Shown: positions 32,428 to 45,286 of the stretch, piece by piece
How positions within the stretch are numbered: position 1 is the first letter of the stretch
Layout of the letters: every line of letters starts with the position of its first letter
Notes under the pieces: generated by a model
Databases searched by the model: none
Told to the model about the DNA's origin: nothing
What the model saw: the letters and a program-made list of their open reading frames with translations, nothing else
Program-made: the position numbers and the translations under genes
Source of the DNA: Burkholderiales bacterium
GTDB lineage: Bacteria; Pseudomonadota; Gammaproteobacteria; Burkholderiales; Usitatibacteraceae
Reading direction: 5' to 3'
Assembly: GCA_038203035.1 (NCBI GenBank)
Contig: JBBREI010000001.1
Span: 11,385 to 75,384 of the forward strand
Length of the DNA: 64,000 bases

Positions 32428-33594
32428 GTGGCCGACCCCGATCAGCTCCACACCCTCCGTTGCGATGCCGAAGCGTGGCTGCGCCTCACATTGGTCCCGG
32501 GCGTATCCCAGGCCCTGCAACGCGTCCTGCTCCGCGCCCTGGGCAGTCCGGCGCAGGTGCTTTCTTCCTCTCCATCGAGAATCACGCAGGCCTGTGGAAA
32601 ACCCGATGTCGCGGGGCTCCTCGCCGGCGGCCCGGACCGGGCGCTGCTCGAATCCACGTTGCGATGGCTCGAGGGCGACGGGCGCCACCTCCTCACGCTG
32701 GGCGACGCGTCCTACCCGCCCCAGCTCCTGGAGATACCCGATCCGCCCAACGTCCTGTATGCAATCGGGCGGCTCGAATTGCTCACGTCCCCCTGTTTCG
32801 CCGTTGTCGGAAGCAGGAACTGCACGCCGCAGGGGGGTCGGGACGCGCGCAGCATTTCGCAGGAGTTGTCGGACCAAGGCCTGTGCATCGTGAGCGGGCT
32901 GGCGCTCGGCATCGATACCAACGCCCATTGCGGCGGGCTCGCCGGCGGGGGGTCGAGCATCGCGGTGATGGGAACCGGGCCCAACCTCATCTATCCCCTC
33001 GGCAACCGCGGCCTTGCCCACCGCCTGGCCCGGGAAGGCTGCCTGATTTCGGACTTTCCCCTCGGCACGCCGTCGCTGCCGCGGAACTTCCCCCTGCGAA
33101 ACCGTCTGATAAGTGGCCTTTCTCGTGGTGTGCTGGTCATGGAGGCCGCCGAACGAAGCGGCTCCCTGGTCACCGCGCGGCTGGCCAACGAGCAGGGCCG
33201 CGACGTTTTCGCGGTGCCGGGGTCGATACACTCTCCCCACGCAAAGGGCTGCCACCGGCTGATAAAGGATGGCGCCAAGCTGGTGGAAAGCGCACAGGAC
33301 GTCCTTGTTGAACTGGGCCTCGCGCGCGCCACCGCGCAGGAAGGAAGCAGGTCAAGCGCCCTCGACAAAAGGGATGGGCGCCCCAACGTGGTCCTGAACG
33401 CGATCGGATTCGCGCCACTTACCGTCGATCAGATCGCCGGACTCACCGAAAAATCGCCGGGCGTGGTTGCTGCCGAACTCTCCCTGCTCGAAGTGGAAGG
33501 CCGGGTCGACGCAATGCCGGGCGGCCGGTTCCTGAAAAGACACGCCACGCCCTCGGCGCCGGAAATGCCCGCGCCGGGCCACGTTATAGAATGA
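32428..33594 (+). CDS. dprA: DNA-processing protein DprA/Smf
   Basis: AVVGSRNCT, VSGLALGID, FPLRNRLISGLS, EAAERSGSLVTA, VFAVPGSI, GCHRLIKDGAKLV. Confidence 0.96.
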   Translation: MADPDQLHTLRCDAEAWLRLTLVPGVSQALQRVLLRALGSPAQVLSSSPSRITQACGKPDVAGLLAGGPDRALLESTLRWLEGDGRHLLTLGDASYPPQLLEIPDPPNVLYAIGRLELLTSPCFAVVGSRNCTPQGGRDARSISQELSDQGLCIVSGLALGIDTNAHCGGLAGGGSSIAVMGTGPNLIYPLGNRGLAHRLAREGCLISDFPLGTPSLPRNFPLRNRLISGLSRGVLVMEAAERSGSLVTARLANEQGRDVFAVPGSIHSPHAKGCHRLIKDGAKLVESAQDVLVELGLARATAQEGSRSSALDKRDGRPNVVLNAIGFAPLTVDQIAGLTEKSPGVVAAELSLLEVEGRVDAMPGGRFLKRHATPSAPEMPAPGHVIE

Positions 33595-33619
33595 AGAAGA
33601 AAAGCACCGACTGAAATCA

Positions 33620-36139
33620 ATGGCCTCGCACCTGCTCATCGTCGAATCGCCGTCCAAGGCGAAGACCCTCAAGAAGTACCTCGGCAAGGATTTCGAGATC
33701 CTCGCGTCGTACGGCCATGTCCGCGACCTCGTGCCGAAGACCGGCGCGGTGGATCCCGACGACAACTTCAGGATGAAATACGAGCTGATCGAGCGCAACA
33801 CCAAACACGTCGACGCCATCGCCAGGGCGGTGAAGGACGCCGACACCATCCTGCTGGCAACCGACCCGGACAGGGAGGGTGAGGCCATTGCGTGGCACCT
33901 GTCCGAAATCCTCAAGTCGCGCAAGGCCCTCAAGGACAAGACGATCAAGCGCGTCGTGTTCTACGAAATCACCGAGGGCGCCGTGAAGGAGGCGGTGAAG
34001 AACCCGCGCGCGATATCCATGGATCTGGTGAACGCACAACAGGCGCGCAGGGCGCTCGACTACCTGGTGGGCTTCAACCTTTCACCGCTGCTGTGGAAGA
34101 AGATCCGGCGCGGCCTTTCGGCCGGCCGCGTGCAAAGCCCGGCGCTGCGGCTGATCGTGGAGCGCGAGCTCGAGATCGAGAAGTTCAAGACTCAGGAATA
34201 CTGGTCGATCCACTTCGACAGTTCCAAGAACAAGGTCGCGTTCAGCGCGAAGCTCACGCATTTCAAGGGCGACAAGCTCGACCAGTTTGCCGTCGGCAGC
34301 GCCGAGCGCGAAGCCGAAGTCCGCGCATTCCTGGAGGAGAACGGCAAGGGCAACGCGAAGGTCAAGGAAGTCGAACGCAAGAGCAAGACGCGTTCACCCG
34401 CCGCGCCCTTCACGACGTCGACCCTGCAGCAGGAGGCCGTGCGCAAGCTGGGCTTCTCCACCGACCGCGCCATGAAGGTCGCGCAGAGCCTTTATGAAGG
34501 GGTCAACGTCGGAAAGGTCGAAACCGGCTTGATCACCTACATGCGCACCGACTCCGTCACTCTTTCGAAGGAAGCCGTGGCGGAAATGCGCGGCTACATC
34601 ACCAAGAATTACGGCCCGGACTACCTGCCGAAGGCTCCCATCGTCTACCGCAGCACGTCGAAAAACGCACAGGAAGCACACGAGGCCATCCGCCCGACCT
34701 CGATCGCCCGCACCCCGGAATCGGTCTTTCCCTACCTGAACGACGAGCAGCGCAAGCTCTACGAGATGATCTGGAAGCGAGCGATCGCCTCGCAGATGAC
34801 GCCGGCCAGGTTCGATACGGTGGCGGTCGATTTCGCGGTGGGCGCAGCGGGCAACATCTTTCGTGCCACCGGCCAGACGATGGTGTTTGCCGGCTTCTAC
34901 GCGGTCTACCACGAGGACCAGGACGACGCCGTGGAAGAAGAAGACAAGCGCCTGCCGGCATTTGAAACGGGCGACGCGGTGAAGATCGAGAAGCTCTACG
35001 GCGAGCAGCACTTCACGCAGCCGCCCCCGCGTTATTCCGAGGCCAGCCTCGTGAAGGCGCTCGAACATTACGGCATCGGGCGCCCGTCGACCTATGCGTC
35101 GATCATCTCGACGCTGCAGAATCGCGAATACGTCCTCCTCGACAAGAAGCGTTTCACGCCGACCGACGTCGGCCGGGTCGTGAACAAGTTCCTCACCGAC
35201 CACTTCGCCCATTGGGTCGACTACGAGTTCACCGCCAAGCTCGAAGACGAGCTCGACGACATCTCGAACGGCAAGGAGGAATGGCTCCCGGTCCTCGAGA
35301 AGTTCTGGAAGGGTTTCTCGGCGCAGATCATCGAAAAGGAATCGGTCTCCCGCAAGGACGTCACCCAGGAGCAGATGGACGAGACCTGCCCCAAGTGCGG
35401 CAACCACAAGCTCGCGATCCGCCTGGGGCGCCGCGGGCGCTTCATCGGCTGCGCCGGCTTCCCGGATTGCGACTACACGCGCAACCTCGACGGCGCGGAG
35501 GGCACGGAAGCGGTCAAGCGCGAGCTGGGTACCGATCCGGAAAGCGGCAAGCTGATACAGCTGCTGCAGGGTCCGTTCGGGCCGTACATCCAGCTGGGCG
35601 AGATGGAGGGCGACAAGAAGCCCAAGCGCGTCTCCGTGCCGAAGAACATCGCCCCCGATGCGGTCACCATCGAGACGGGGCTGAAGCTGCTTGCGCTTCC
35701 CCGCGACCTCGGTCCACATCCCGAAGGTGGCAAGAAGGTGGTGGCGGCGATCGGGCGATTCGGTCCCTACGTGAGCCACGACGGCCAGTTCAAGTCGATC
35801 CCGAAGGAAGAAAGCGTGTTCGAAATCGCCCTCGACCGTGCCGTCGCCCTGCTTGCCGAACCGAAGGTGTTCGGTGGTCGCGGCGCCCTCAAGGTCCTTG
35901 GCAAGCACCCCGACGACGGCCAGGCGGTGGCTCTCTATTCAGGGCGCTACGGGCCCTACGTGAAACACGGCAAGGTCAACGCCACGCTTCCGGACGAAGG
36001 CATGATCGCCACCGTTACGCTCGACGAGGCCGTCGAATTGCTGGCGGCAAAGTCGGGCAAGGGTGGAAAGGCGAAAAAAGCCGCGGCAAAACCCAAGGCA
36101 AAGGCGAAGGCCCCCGCCAAGGTAAAAAAGGCCGCGTAG
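33620..36139 (+). CDS. topA: DNA topoisomerase I
   Basis: LIVESPSKAKT, ATDPDREGEAI, SAGRVQSPAL, ITYMRTDS (catalytic Tyr), AHEAIRPT. Confidence 0.97.
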   Translation: MASHLLIVESPSKAKTLKKYLGKDFEILASYGHVRDLVPKTGAVDPDDNFRMKYELIERNTKHVDAIARAVKDADTILLATDPDREGEAIAWHLSEILKSRKALKDKTIKRVVFYEITEGAVKEAVKNPRAISMDLVNAQQARRALDYLVGFNLSPLLWKKIRRGLSAGRVQSPALRLIVERELEIEKFKTQEYWSIHFDSSKNKVAFSAKLTHFKGDKLDQFAVGSAEREAEVRAFLEENGKGNAKVKEVERKSKTRSPAAPFTTSTLQQEAVRKLGFSTDRAMKVAQSLYEGVNVGKVETGLITYMRTDSVTLSKEAVAEMRGYITKNYGPDYLPKAPIVYRSTSKNAQEAHEAIRPTSIARTPESVFPYLNDEQRKLYEMIWKRAIASQMTPARFDTVAVDFAVGAAGNIFRATGQTMVFAGFYAVYHEDQDDAVEEEDKRLPAFETGDAVKIEKLYGEQHFTQPPPRYSEASLVKALEHYGIGRPSTYASIISTLQNREYVLLDKKRFTPTDVGRVVNKFLTDHFAHWVDYEFTAKLEDELDDISNGKEEWLPVLEKFWKGFSAQIIEKESVSRKDVTQEQMDETCPKCGNHKLAIRLGRRGRFIGCAGFPDCDYTRNLDGAEGTEAVKRELGTDPESGKLIQLLQGPFGPYIQLGEMEGDKKPKRVSVPKNIAPDAVTIETGLKLLALPRDLGPHPEGGKKVVAAIGRFGPYVSHDGQFKSIPKEESVFEIALDRAVALLAEPKVFGGRGALKVLGKHPDDGQAVALYSGRYGPYVKHGKVNATLPDEGMIATVTLDEAVELLAAKSGKGGKAKKAAAKPKAKAKAPAKVKKAA

Positions 36140-36152
36140 AATCGGCCTTTTT

Positions 36153-36154
<2 letters not shown>
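36124..36154. terminator. Bidirectional terminator shared by topA and gyrB
   Basis: AAAAAAGGCCG-CGTAGAAT-CGGCCTTTTTTT, spanning the topA stop and touching the gyrB stop. Confidence 0.85.
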
Positions 36155-39708
<3,554 letters not shown>

Positions 39709-39914
39709 TGTATTTATAGAAGTTAGATTAGTTAATAGCTAATAGGAGACCGCCGGGAGCGGGATAACTTCAAAATGCCCAGATGGATCAAAGCGTTGAC
39801 CATGATTTTAAATGGGGACTGAATGGCCTGAACTCAATGAACATCTGTGGATAACAAGACCTTTCACGGCCAAGGTTGAATTCATCCACAGGTTCTTCAT
39901 GGGTTCTTCGCACT
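39709..39914. other. Probable oriC core: AT-rich unwinding element, IHF-like site and DnaA boxes
   Basis: 39709-39745 is 8/37 G+C; perfect box TGTGGATAA 39846-39854; 1-mismatch box TCATCCACA 39882-39890; weak box 39759-39767; GATCAAAGCGTTG at 39786-39798 matches WATCAANNNNTTR except the first base. Confidence 0.75.
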
Positions 39915-41243
39915 TCATCCCAGCAATATCTGCTGCAGCTGCGCATAGTCGCGAGCGAACTCCTGGTCGTTATCGCGCAGTTCAACGGTCTTGCGGCACG
40001 CATGAAGGACGGTGGTGTGGTCGCGGCCTCCGAACGCTTCGCCGATTTCGGGCAGGCTCTGCTGGGTGAGTTCCTTTGCCAGCGCCATCGCCACCTGCCG
40101 CGGACGGGCGACGGAGCGGAAACGCTTCTTTGAGTACATGTCCGAGACCTTGATCTTGAAATAGTCCGCGACCGTTTTCTGGATGTTCTCTATCGACACC
40201 TGGCGATTGAGCACCGCGAGCAGGTCCTTCAGTGCCTCGCGGGCCGTGGTCACGTTGACCGTGGTGTTGTTGAAACGGCAGTAGGCGAGCACACGCTTGA
40301 GCGCGCCTTCGAGTTCGCGCACGTTGGAACGGATGTGTTTGGCGATGAAGAAGGCGACGTTTTCATCGAGCCGGACACCATCGTTCTCGGCCTTCTTGAG
40401 CAGGATCGCCACGCGCATTTCCAGTTCCGGCGGTTCCACCGCGACGGTCAGGCCCCAGCCGAAGCGCGAGATCAGGCGCTCCTCTATCCCGGTCATTTCC
40501 TTGGGAAAGCAGTCGCTGGTGATGGCCACCTGCTTGTGTGCTTCGAAGAGCGCATTGAAGGTGTAGAAGAACTCCTCCTGGGAGCGTGACTTGCCGACGA
40601 AGAACTGCACATCGTCGATAAGGAAGAGGTCCAGGGAGCGGTAGTAGCGCTTCAGGGAGTCGAAACTCTTGTGCTGGTAGGCGCGCACGACATCGGCGAC
40701 AAACTGTTCTGCGTGGCTGTAGCGCACCTTGGCCTTGGGATTGCGCTTGAGCACCTCGTTGCCGATCGCCTGCAGCAGGTGGGTCTTGCCCAGGCCGGTG
40801 CCGCCGTAGATGAAGAGCGGGTTGTATGCGGTACCGGGGTTTTCCGCGATCTGGATGGCCGCCGCGCGCGCGATCTGGTTGGCCTTGCCGTTGACGAAAT
40901 TGGTGAAGGTGAAGCCCGGGTTCAGGCGGTGCTCGTCACGACCGTTGCGCTCCGCGGGCACGGGCACCGGGATCGGTTCGGGGACGATGATCACGTTGTC
41001 GGAACGGGTTTCGTCGAGGACCAGGTTGACGATGAGGGGGGTCCCGGCCACGCGTTCGATCCGCGACTCGATGCGGTTCAGCAGGTTCGATCGAACCCAC
41101 TTGAGCACGTGGTGGTTCGGGGCTACCAGCACCAGTTGTTCGCCCTGCCGTTCGGCGCGCAGGGGTTTGATCCACGTGTCGAACTGCTGGGCCGGCAATT
41201 CCTTCTTGAACTCAGCGGCGAGCGATGGCCAAAGCGAATCCAT
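39915..41243 (-). CDS. dnaA: Chromosomal replication initiator DnaA
   Basis: FDTWIKPL, YNPLFIYGGTGLGKTHLL, LIDDVQF, NVRELEGAL, GGRDHTTVLHA; ATG 41243 preferred over TTG 41252. Confidence 0.98.
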   Translation of the reverse strand: MDSLWPSLAAEFKKELPAQQFDTWIKPLRAERQGEQLVLVAPNHHVLKWVRSNLLNRIESRIERVAGTPLIVNLVLDETRSDNVIIVPEPIPVPVPAERNGRDEHRLNPGFTFTNFVNGKANQIARAAAIQIAENPGTAYNPLFIYGGTGLGKTHLLQAIGNEVLKRNPKAKVRYSHAEQFVADVVRAYQHKSFDSLKRYYRSLDLFLIDDVQFFVGKSRSQEEFFYTFNALFEAHKQVAITSDCFPKEMTGIEERLISRFGWGLTVAVEPPELEMRVAILLKKAENDGVRLDENVAFFIAKHIRSNVRELEGALKRVLAYCRFNNTTVNVTTAREALKDLLAVLNRQVSIENIQKTVADYFKIKVSDMYSKKRFRSVARPRQVAMALAKELTQQSLPEIGEAFGGRDHTTVLHACRKTVELRDNDQEFARDYAQLQQILLG

Positions 41244-41319
41244 GGATGGCAAGCGGGGGATCTTCCGAGGGGTTGAAAAGCGGTAGAACGATGTGAAATT
41301 TTACTTGGATCGGAGGCAC

Positions 41320-41328
41320 TTATCCACA
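41320..41328 (+). promoter_or_regulatory. DnaA box upstream of dnaA
   Basis: Perfect TTATCCACA in the dnaA-rpmH intergenic region. Confidence 0.8.
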
Positions 41329-41446
41329 GCTCTGGAACCCCTTGAAAACATGGGCTGCCTGGCGCCCTTTCGCGGCCGCTAACACAAACCGCGCGACGGC
41401 TGGTGCCGGCCGGAGGGGCGCAATGGCGCCTTGGCCGTGAATCCGC

Positions 41447-41452
41447 TATAAT
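41447..41452 (+). promoter_or_regulatory. Sigma70 -10 element of the rpmH promoter
   Basis: TATAAT about 50 bp upstream of rpmH; no clear -35. Confidence 0.55.
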
Positions 41453-41502
41453 TTCATGCTTTTCCTGCCGCTTTCCTGGGCGGATACTCAAGGTAAACCG
41501 AT

Positions 41503-41637
41503 ATGAAACGCACCTTCCAGCCGTCGACGGCCCACCGCAAGAAGACCCACGGCTTCCGTGTGCGCATGAAAACGGCCGCCGGGCGGGCGGTGATCAACGC
41601 CCGTCGCGCCAAGGGCCGCAAGCGCGTAGCGGTCTGA
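41503..41637 (+). CDS. rpmH: 50S ribosomal protein L34
   Basis: Manual translation [44 protein letters not shown] (not in the ORF track). Confidence 0.97.
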   Translation: MKRTFQPSTAHRKKTHGFRVRMKTAAGRAVINARRAKGRKRVAV

Positions 41638-41645
41638 CGTCACTC

Positions 41646-42011
41646 ATGCCGCGGAACGCCCGGAAGGAAGGGTATTCCCGGCGTCACCGCTTCTCTGAGC
41701 GGGGCTCGTTTGGCCCCGTCCTTCGCGCCCCGCGCAAGCTTCGCAGCCGATTGGTTGTTGTCCACGTGATGCCGGGCGTTGGGCCGCAATCGCGCTTCGG
41801 GCTCGCGTTCACGCGCCGCCTGGTCCCTTCAGCCGTCGACCGCAATACCGTCAAGCGCATGCTTCGCGAGACCTTCCGGCGACACGGCATGAAGCACTCG
41901 GGCCTCGATTGCGTCGTGACCATGCGAGAGCGCTTCCAGCCCGGGCAGGCCCCGGAAATCGCGGCCGAGGTGGCCCGGATGCTGGATCGCCTCCTGCCGG
42001 CGGCGGCATGA
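41646..42011 (+). CDS. rnpA: Ribonuclease P protein component
   Basis: [16 protein letters not shown] (RNR-type motif); between rpmH and yidD. Confidence 0.9.
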   Translation: MPRNARKEGYSRRHRFSERGSFGPVLRAPRKLRSRLVVVHVMPGVGPQSRFGLAFTRRLVPSAVDRNTVKRMLRETFRRHGMKHSGLDCVVTMRERFQPGQAPEIAAEVARMLDRLLPAAA

Positions 42012-42217
42012 AAAGGGCCCTGCTGGCCCTCATTCGGATTTATCGCCTGGTGCTGAGCCCCTGGTGGGGCCGTCAGTGCCGCTACACCCCCTCGTGCTCG
42101 GAATACGCTGCGGAAGCGATCGAGCGCCACGGCTCGGCTCGTGGCGCCTGGATGGCGCTGCGCCGCATCGGGCGCTGCCATCCGTGGCACGAGGGCGGCT
42201 TCGACCCGGTTCCCTGA
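42008..42217 (+). CDS. yidD: Membrane protein insertion efficiency factor YidD
   Basis: [25 protein letters not shown]. Confidence 0.95.
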   Translation: MKRALLALIRIYRLVLSPWWGRQCRYTPSCSEYAAEAIERHGSARGAWMALRRIGRCHPWHEGGFDPVP

Positions 42218-42228
42218 GATTCCCGCAA

Positions 42229-43914
42229 ATGATGGACACGCAACGAATCATCGCCTTCGTCGTTTTCTCCTTTTCCTCGCTCCTGCTCTGGGATGCCTGG
42301 CAGAAGCACAATGCGCCGAAGCCGCCACCCGCCCCGACGGCCACCCGCGTGCCCGCCGGCGCGCCGCAGCCGACCACCAATCTTGCGGGCGCGCCCGCGG
42401 TGGGTGGCACCACGCCCTCCGCTCCGGTGGCGCCTTCCGCCAGCCCCGTCGTCACGGGCGGCGAGCTGATTGCCATCAAGACCGACCTCTTCGACCTTGA
42501 ACTGAGCACCGTGGGCGCGGACATCCGGCGCCTGACGTTCCGCGAGGTCCATTCGGCTCTCGACCGCAACAAGCCGCTCACTTTGATGGAGCCGAGCTCG
42601 AAGCACTATTTCGGCGTGCAGACGGGCCTGCTGGGCGAGGGGTTGCCCTCGCACAAGGCGCGTTACGCGACCGACGCTAAGAGCTACGAACTCGCTCGCG
42701 GCCAGGACCTGCTGGAAGTCACCTTCCGCGCGCAGGACACGGGCGGCGCCGAGGTGTTGAAGAAGTACCGCTTCCATCGCGGCAGCTATGTGATCGACGT
42801 GTCCTTCGAGGTCGTGAACAAGACCGACACCCCGATCACGCCACACGCGTATTACCAGTTCCTCAGGGACGCCAATGCGCCCAGCGAAGAGGCCGCCCAG
42901 ACCAGCGCCTTCGCGGGCGTGACGACCTTCACCGGGCCCGCGATCTATACCGAGGAATCGAAGTTCGTGAAGGTCGATTTCAGCGACATCGCGAAGGGCA
43001 AGGCGGTACACGTGAAGAAGGCCAGGGACGGCTGGATCGGAATGATCCAGCACTACTTCGTCTCGGCGTGGCTGCCCAGGCCGGGCATGGAGCGCGAGTA
43101 CTTCACGAACAAGGTTTCCGACACGCTGTATACCGCGGGCGTAGTGGTGTCGTTAGGCACGCTTGCCCCCGGGGCCAGCGCCTCCGTCGACATTCCCGCG
43201 TACGTCGGCCCGCAGGAAACCGAGAAACTCGAGAAGGTGGCGCCCGGGCTCAACCTGGTGGTCGACTACGGCTGGCTCTACATCCTCGCCGCGCCGCTTT
43301 TCTGGCTGCTCAAGGCGATTCACGGCTTCGTGGGCAACTGGGGCTGGTCGATCGTGATCCTGACCATCCTCATCAAGCTGGTCTTCTATCCGCTCAACGC
43401 CAAGGCCGGCCGCTCCATGGCCCAGATGAAGGTGCTGGGGCCGAAGATGGAGAAGCTCAAGCAGCTCTACGGAGACGATCGCGCCAAGCTCAACCAGGCG
43501 ATGATGGAGATGTACAAGACCGAGAAGATCAACCCGCTCGGCGGATGCCTGCCGATCGGTGTGCAGATCCCGGTGTTCATCGCGCTTTATTGGGTGCTGC
43601 TCGCCTCGATCGAATTGCGCCACGCGCCCTGGGTGGGCTGGATCAAGGACCTTTCCGCGCCCGATCCCTATTTCATCCTTCCCGTCGTCTACGCCATCTC
43701 GATGTACGTGACGACGCGGTTGAACCCGCAGCCAGCCGACCCGGTGCAGGCGCGGATCATGCTGATCATGCCGATCATGTTCAGCGTGTTTTTCCTGTTC
43801 TTCCCCGCGGGACTGGTGCTCTACTGGGTCGCCCAGAACCTGCTGTCCATCCTGCAGCAGTGGCACATCAACCGCACGCTCGCGGCCGAAGCGAAGGCGA
43901 AAGCCCGGCGCTGA
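42229..43914 (+). CDS. yidC: Membrane protein insertase YidC
   Basis: MDTQR, VVDYGWL, GNWGWSI, PLGGCLP, QIPVFIALY, PAGLVLYW. Confidence 0.97.
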   Translation: MMDTQRIIAFVVFSFSSLLLWDAWQKHNAPKPPPAPTATRVPAGAPQPTTNLAGAPAVGGTTPSAPVAPSASPVVTGGELIAIKTDLFDLELSTVGADIRRLTFREVHSALDRNKPLTLMEPSSKHYFGVQTGLLGEGLPSHKARYATDAKSYELARGQDLLEVTFRAQDTGGAEVLKKYRFHRGSYVIDVSFEVVNKTDTPITPHAYYQFLRDANAPSEEAAQTSAFAGVTTFTGPAIYTEESKFVKVDFSDIAKGKAVHVKKARDGWIGMIQHYFVSAWLPRPGMEREYFTNKVSDTLYTAGVVVSLGTLAPGASASVDIPAYVGPQETEKLEKVAPGLNLVVDYGWLYILAAPLFWLLKAIHGFVGNWGWSIVILTILIKLVFYPLNAKAGRSMAQMKVLGPKMEKLKQLYGDDRAKLNQAMMEMYKTEKINPLGGCLPIGVQIPVFIALYWVLLASIELRHAPWVGWIKDLSAPDPYFILPVVYAISMYVTTRLNPQPADPVQARIMLIMPIMFSVFFLFFPAGLVLYWVAQNLLSILQQWHINRTLAAEAKAKARR

Positions 43915-45248
43915 CCGGCGGCGAAACCATCGCCGCCATCGCCACCCCCGCGGGACGGGGGGGTATCGGCGTTGTTCGCGTTTCCGGGGCCCTTGTCCCC
44001 CTGGTGGCCCGGGAAATCCTCGGCGCCCTCCCCGAGCCGCGGCATGCCACGCTCGCGAGCTTTCGGGCCGCCGGGGCGCAGGTGATCGACCAGGGAATCG
44101 CACTCTATTTTCCCGCGCCCCATTCGTACACGGGAGAAGACGTGCTCGAGCTGCAGGGCCATGGCGGTCCGATGGTGATGCAGCAACTGCTTCGCCGTTG
44201 CCTCGATCTGGGCGCGCGCGTCGCCCAGCCCGGTGAGTTCACCCGCCGCGCATTCCTGAACGATCGGGTGGACCTGGCCCTGGCCGAAAGCGTGGCGTTT
44301 CTCATCGACGCCTCCAGCGTAGCGGCGGCGCGACGCGCCGCCCGCTCCCTCGCCGGCGAATTTTCCGCGCGCATCCATCGGATCGTCGGGGGCCTCGTCG
44401 ATCTGAGAGTGCATGTCGAGGCCTGCATCGACTTTCCGGAAGAAGAGATCGATCCCGCCGATCGCCGCTGGCAGCAGGAGAAAGTGTCTGCGTTGCGCGT
44501 CGAGCTCGATGTCCTGTTCACGCAGGCACAGCAAGGCGCCGTGCTCCGGGAGGGGCTCACGGTGGCCCTGGTCGGCAGGCCGAACGTCGGCAAGTCGAGC
44601 CTGCTCAATCGGCTGGCCGGCGGCGAGGTGGCCATCGTGACGCCGATCGCCGGCACGACCCGCGATTACGTGCGGGCAACCATCAGCATCGAGGGTGTCC
44701 CGATCCACTTGATAGATACCGCGGGCCTTCGCGAGGCCGACGACGAGATCGAACGCATCGGCATAGAGCGAACCTGGCGTGCGCTGGAAAGCGCAGGCGC
44801 CGCGGTTTTCATCGAGGCCGGGGTCGCTGAAGCCGACGAGGACACCGCGTTGCGCGCCCGCCTGCCGCAGGGGCTCGCCACGGCGCGGGTCACCAACAAG
44901 ATCGACTTGACCGGGGAGCCCGTCGGACGTGTTCCGGACGGACACGACGTGCGAATTCGCTTGTCCGCAAAGACCGGGGCCGGCGTCGAGCTTCTCAGGG
45001 ATTGGCTTTTGGAAGTTGCGGGCTGGCGCCCGCACGGCGAGGGCCTGTTCATGGCCCGCGAACGCCACCTGGCCGCGCTCCGGGAGGCGGCAGACGCACT
45101 CCAGCGAGCCGCAGATACGACACAAGCCTTTGAATTAAAAGCGGAAGAGCTTCGCCTTGCCCAGGTGGCCCTGGGTCAGATCACGGGCGAGGTCAATGCC
45201 GACGCCTTGCTGGGGGAGATTTTCAGCCGGTTCTGCATCGGGAAGTGA
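43911..45248 (+). CDS. mnmE: tRNA modification GTPase MnmE/TrmE (start uncertain, CTG 43911 or GTG 43860)
   Basis: TIAAIATPAGRGGIGVVRVSG, GRPNVGKSSLLN, GTTRD, DTAGLR, C-terminal FCIGK. Confidence 0.95.
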   Translation: MTGGETIAAIATPAGRGGIGVVRVSGALVPLVAREILGALPEPRHATLASFRAAGAQVIDQGIALYFPAPHSYTGEDVLELQGHGGPMVMQQLLRRCLDLGARVAQPGEFTRRAFLNDRVDLALAESVAFLIDASSVAAARRAARSLAGEFSARIHRIVGGLVDLRVHVEACIDFPEEEIDPADRRWQQEKVSALRVELDVLFTQAQQGAVLREGLTVALVGRPNVGKSSLLNRLAGGEVAIVTPIAGTTRDYVRATISIEGVPIHLIDTAGLREADDEIERIGIERTWRALESAGAAVFIEAGVAEADEDTALRARLPQGLATARVTNKIDLTGEPVGRVPDGHDVRIRLSAKTGAGVELLRDWLLEVAGWRPHGEGLFMARERHLAALREAADALQRAADTTQAFELKAEELRLAQVALGQITGEVNADALLGEIFSRFCIGK

Positions 45249-45249
45249 C

Positions 45250-45263
45250 GTTCCACGTGGAAC
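45250..45263. other. parS centromere site 1
   Basis: Perfect palindrome GTTCCACGTGGAAC, matching the chromosomal parS consensus core. Confidence 0.88.
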
Positions 45264-45286
45264 CCACGATGGCCGTTTGCTTCCAG

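Noticed and set aside
33595-33619. No smg/DUF494 gene between dprA and topA
   Set aside because: This gene is variably present; its absence alone is weak
41790-41890. RnpA has RNT instead of RNR
   Set aside because: The wider AxxRNxxKRxxR consensus is intact; ordinary variation
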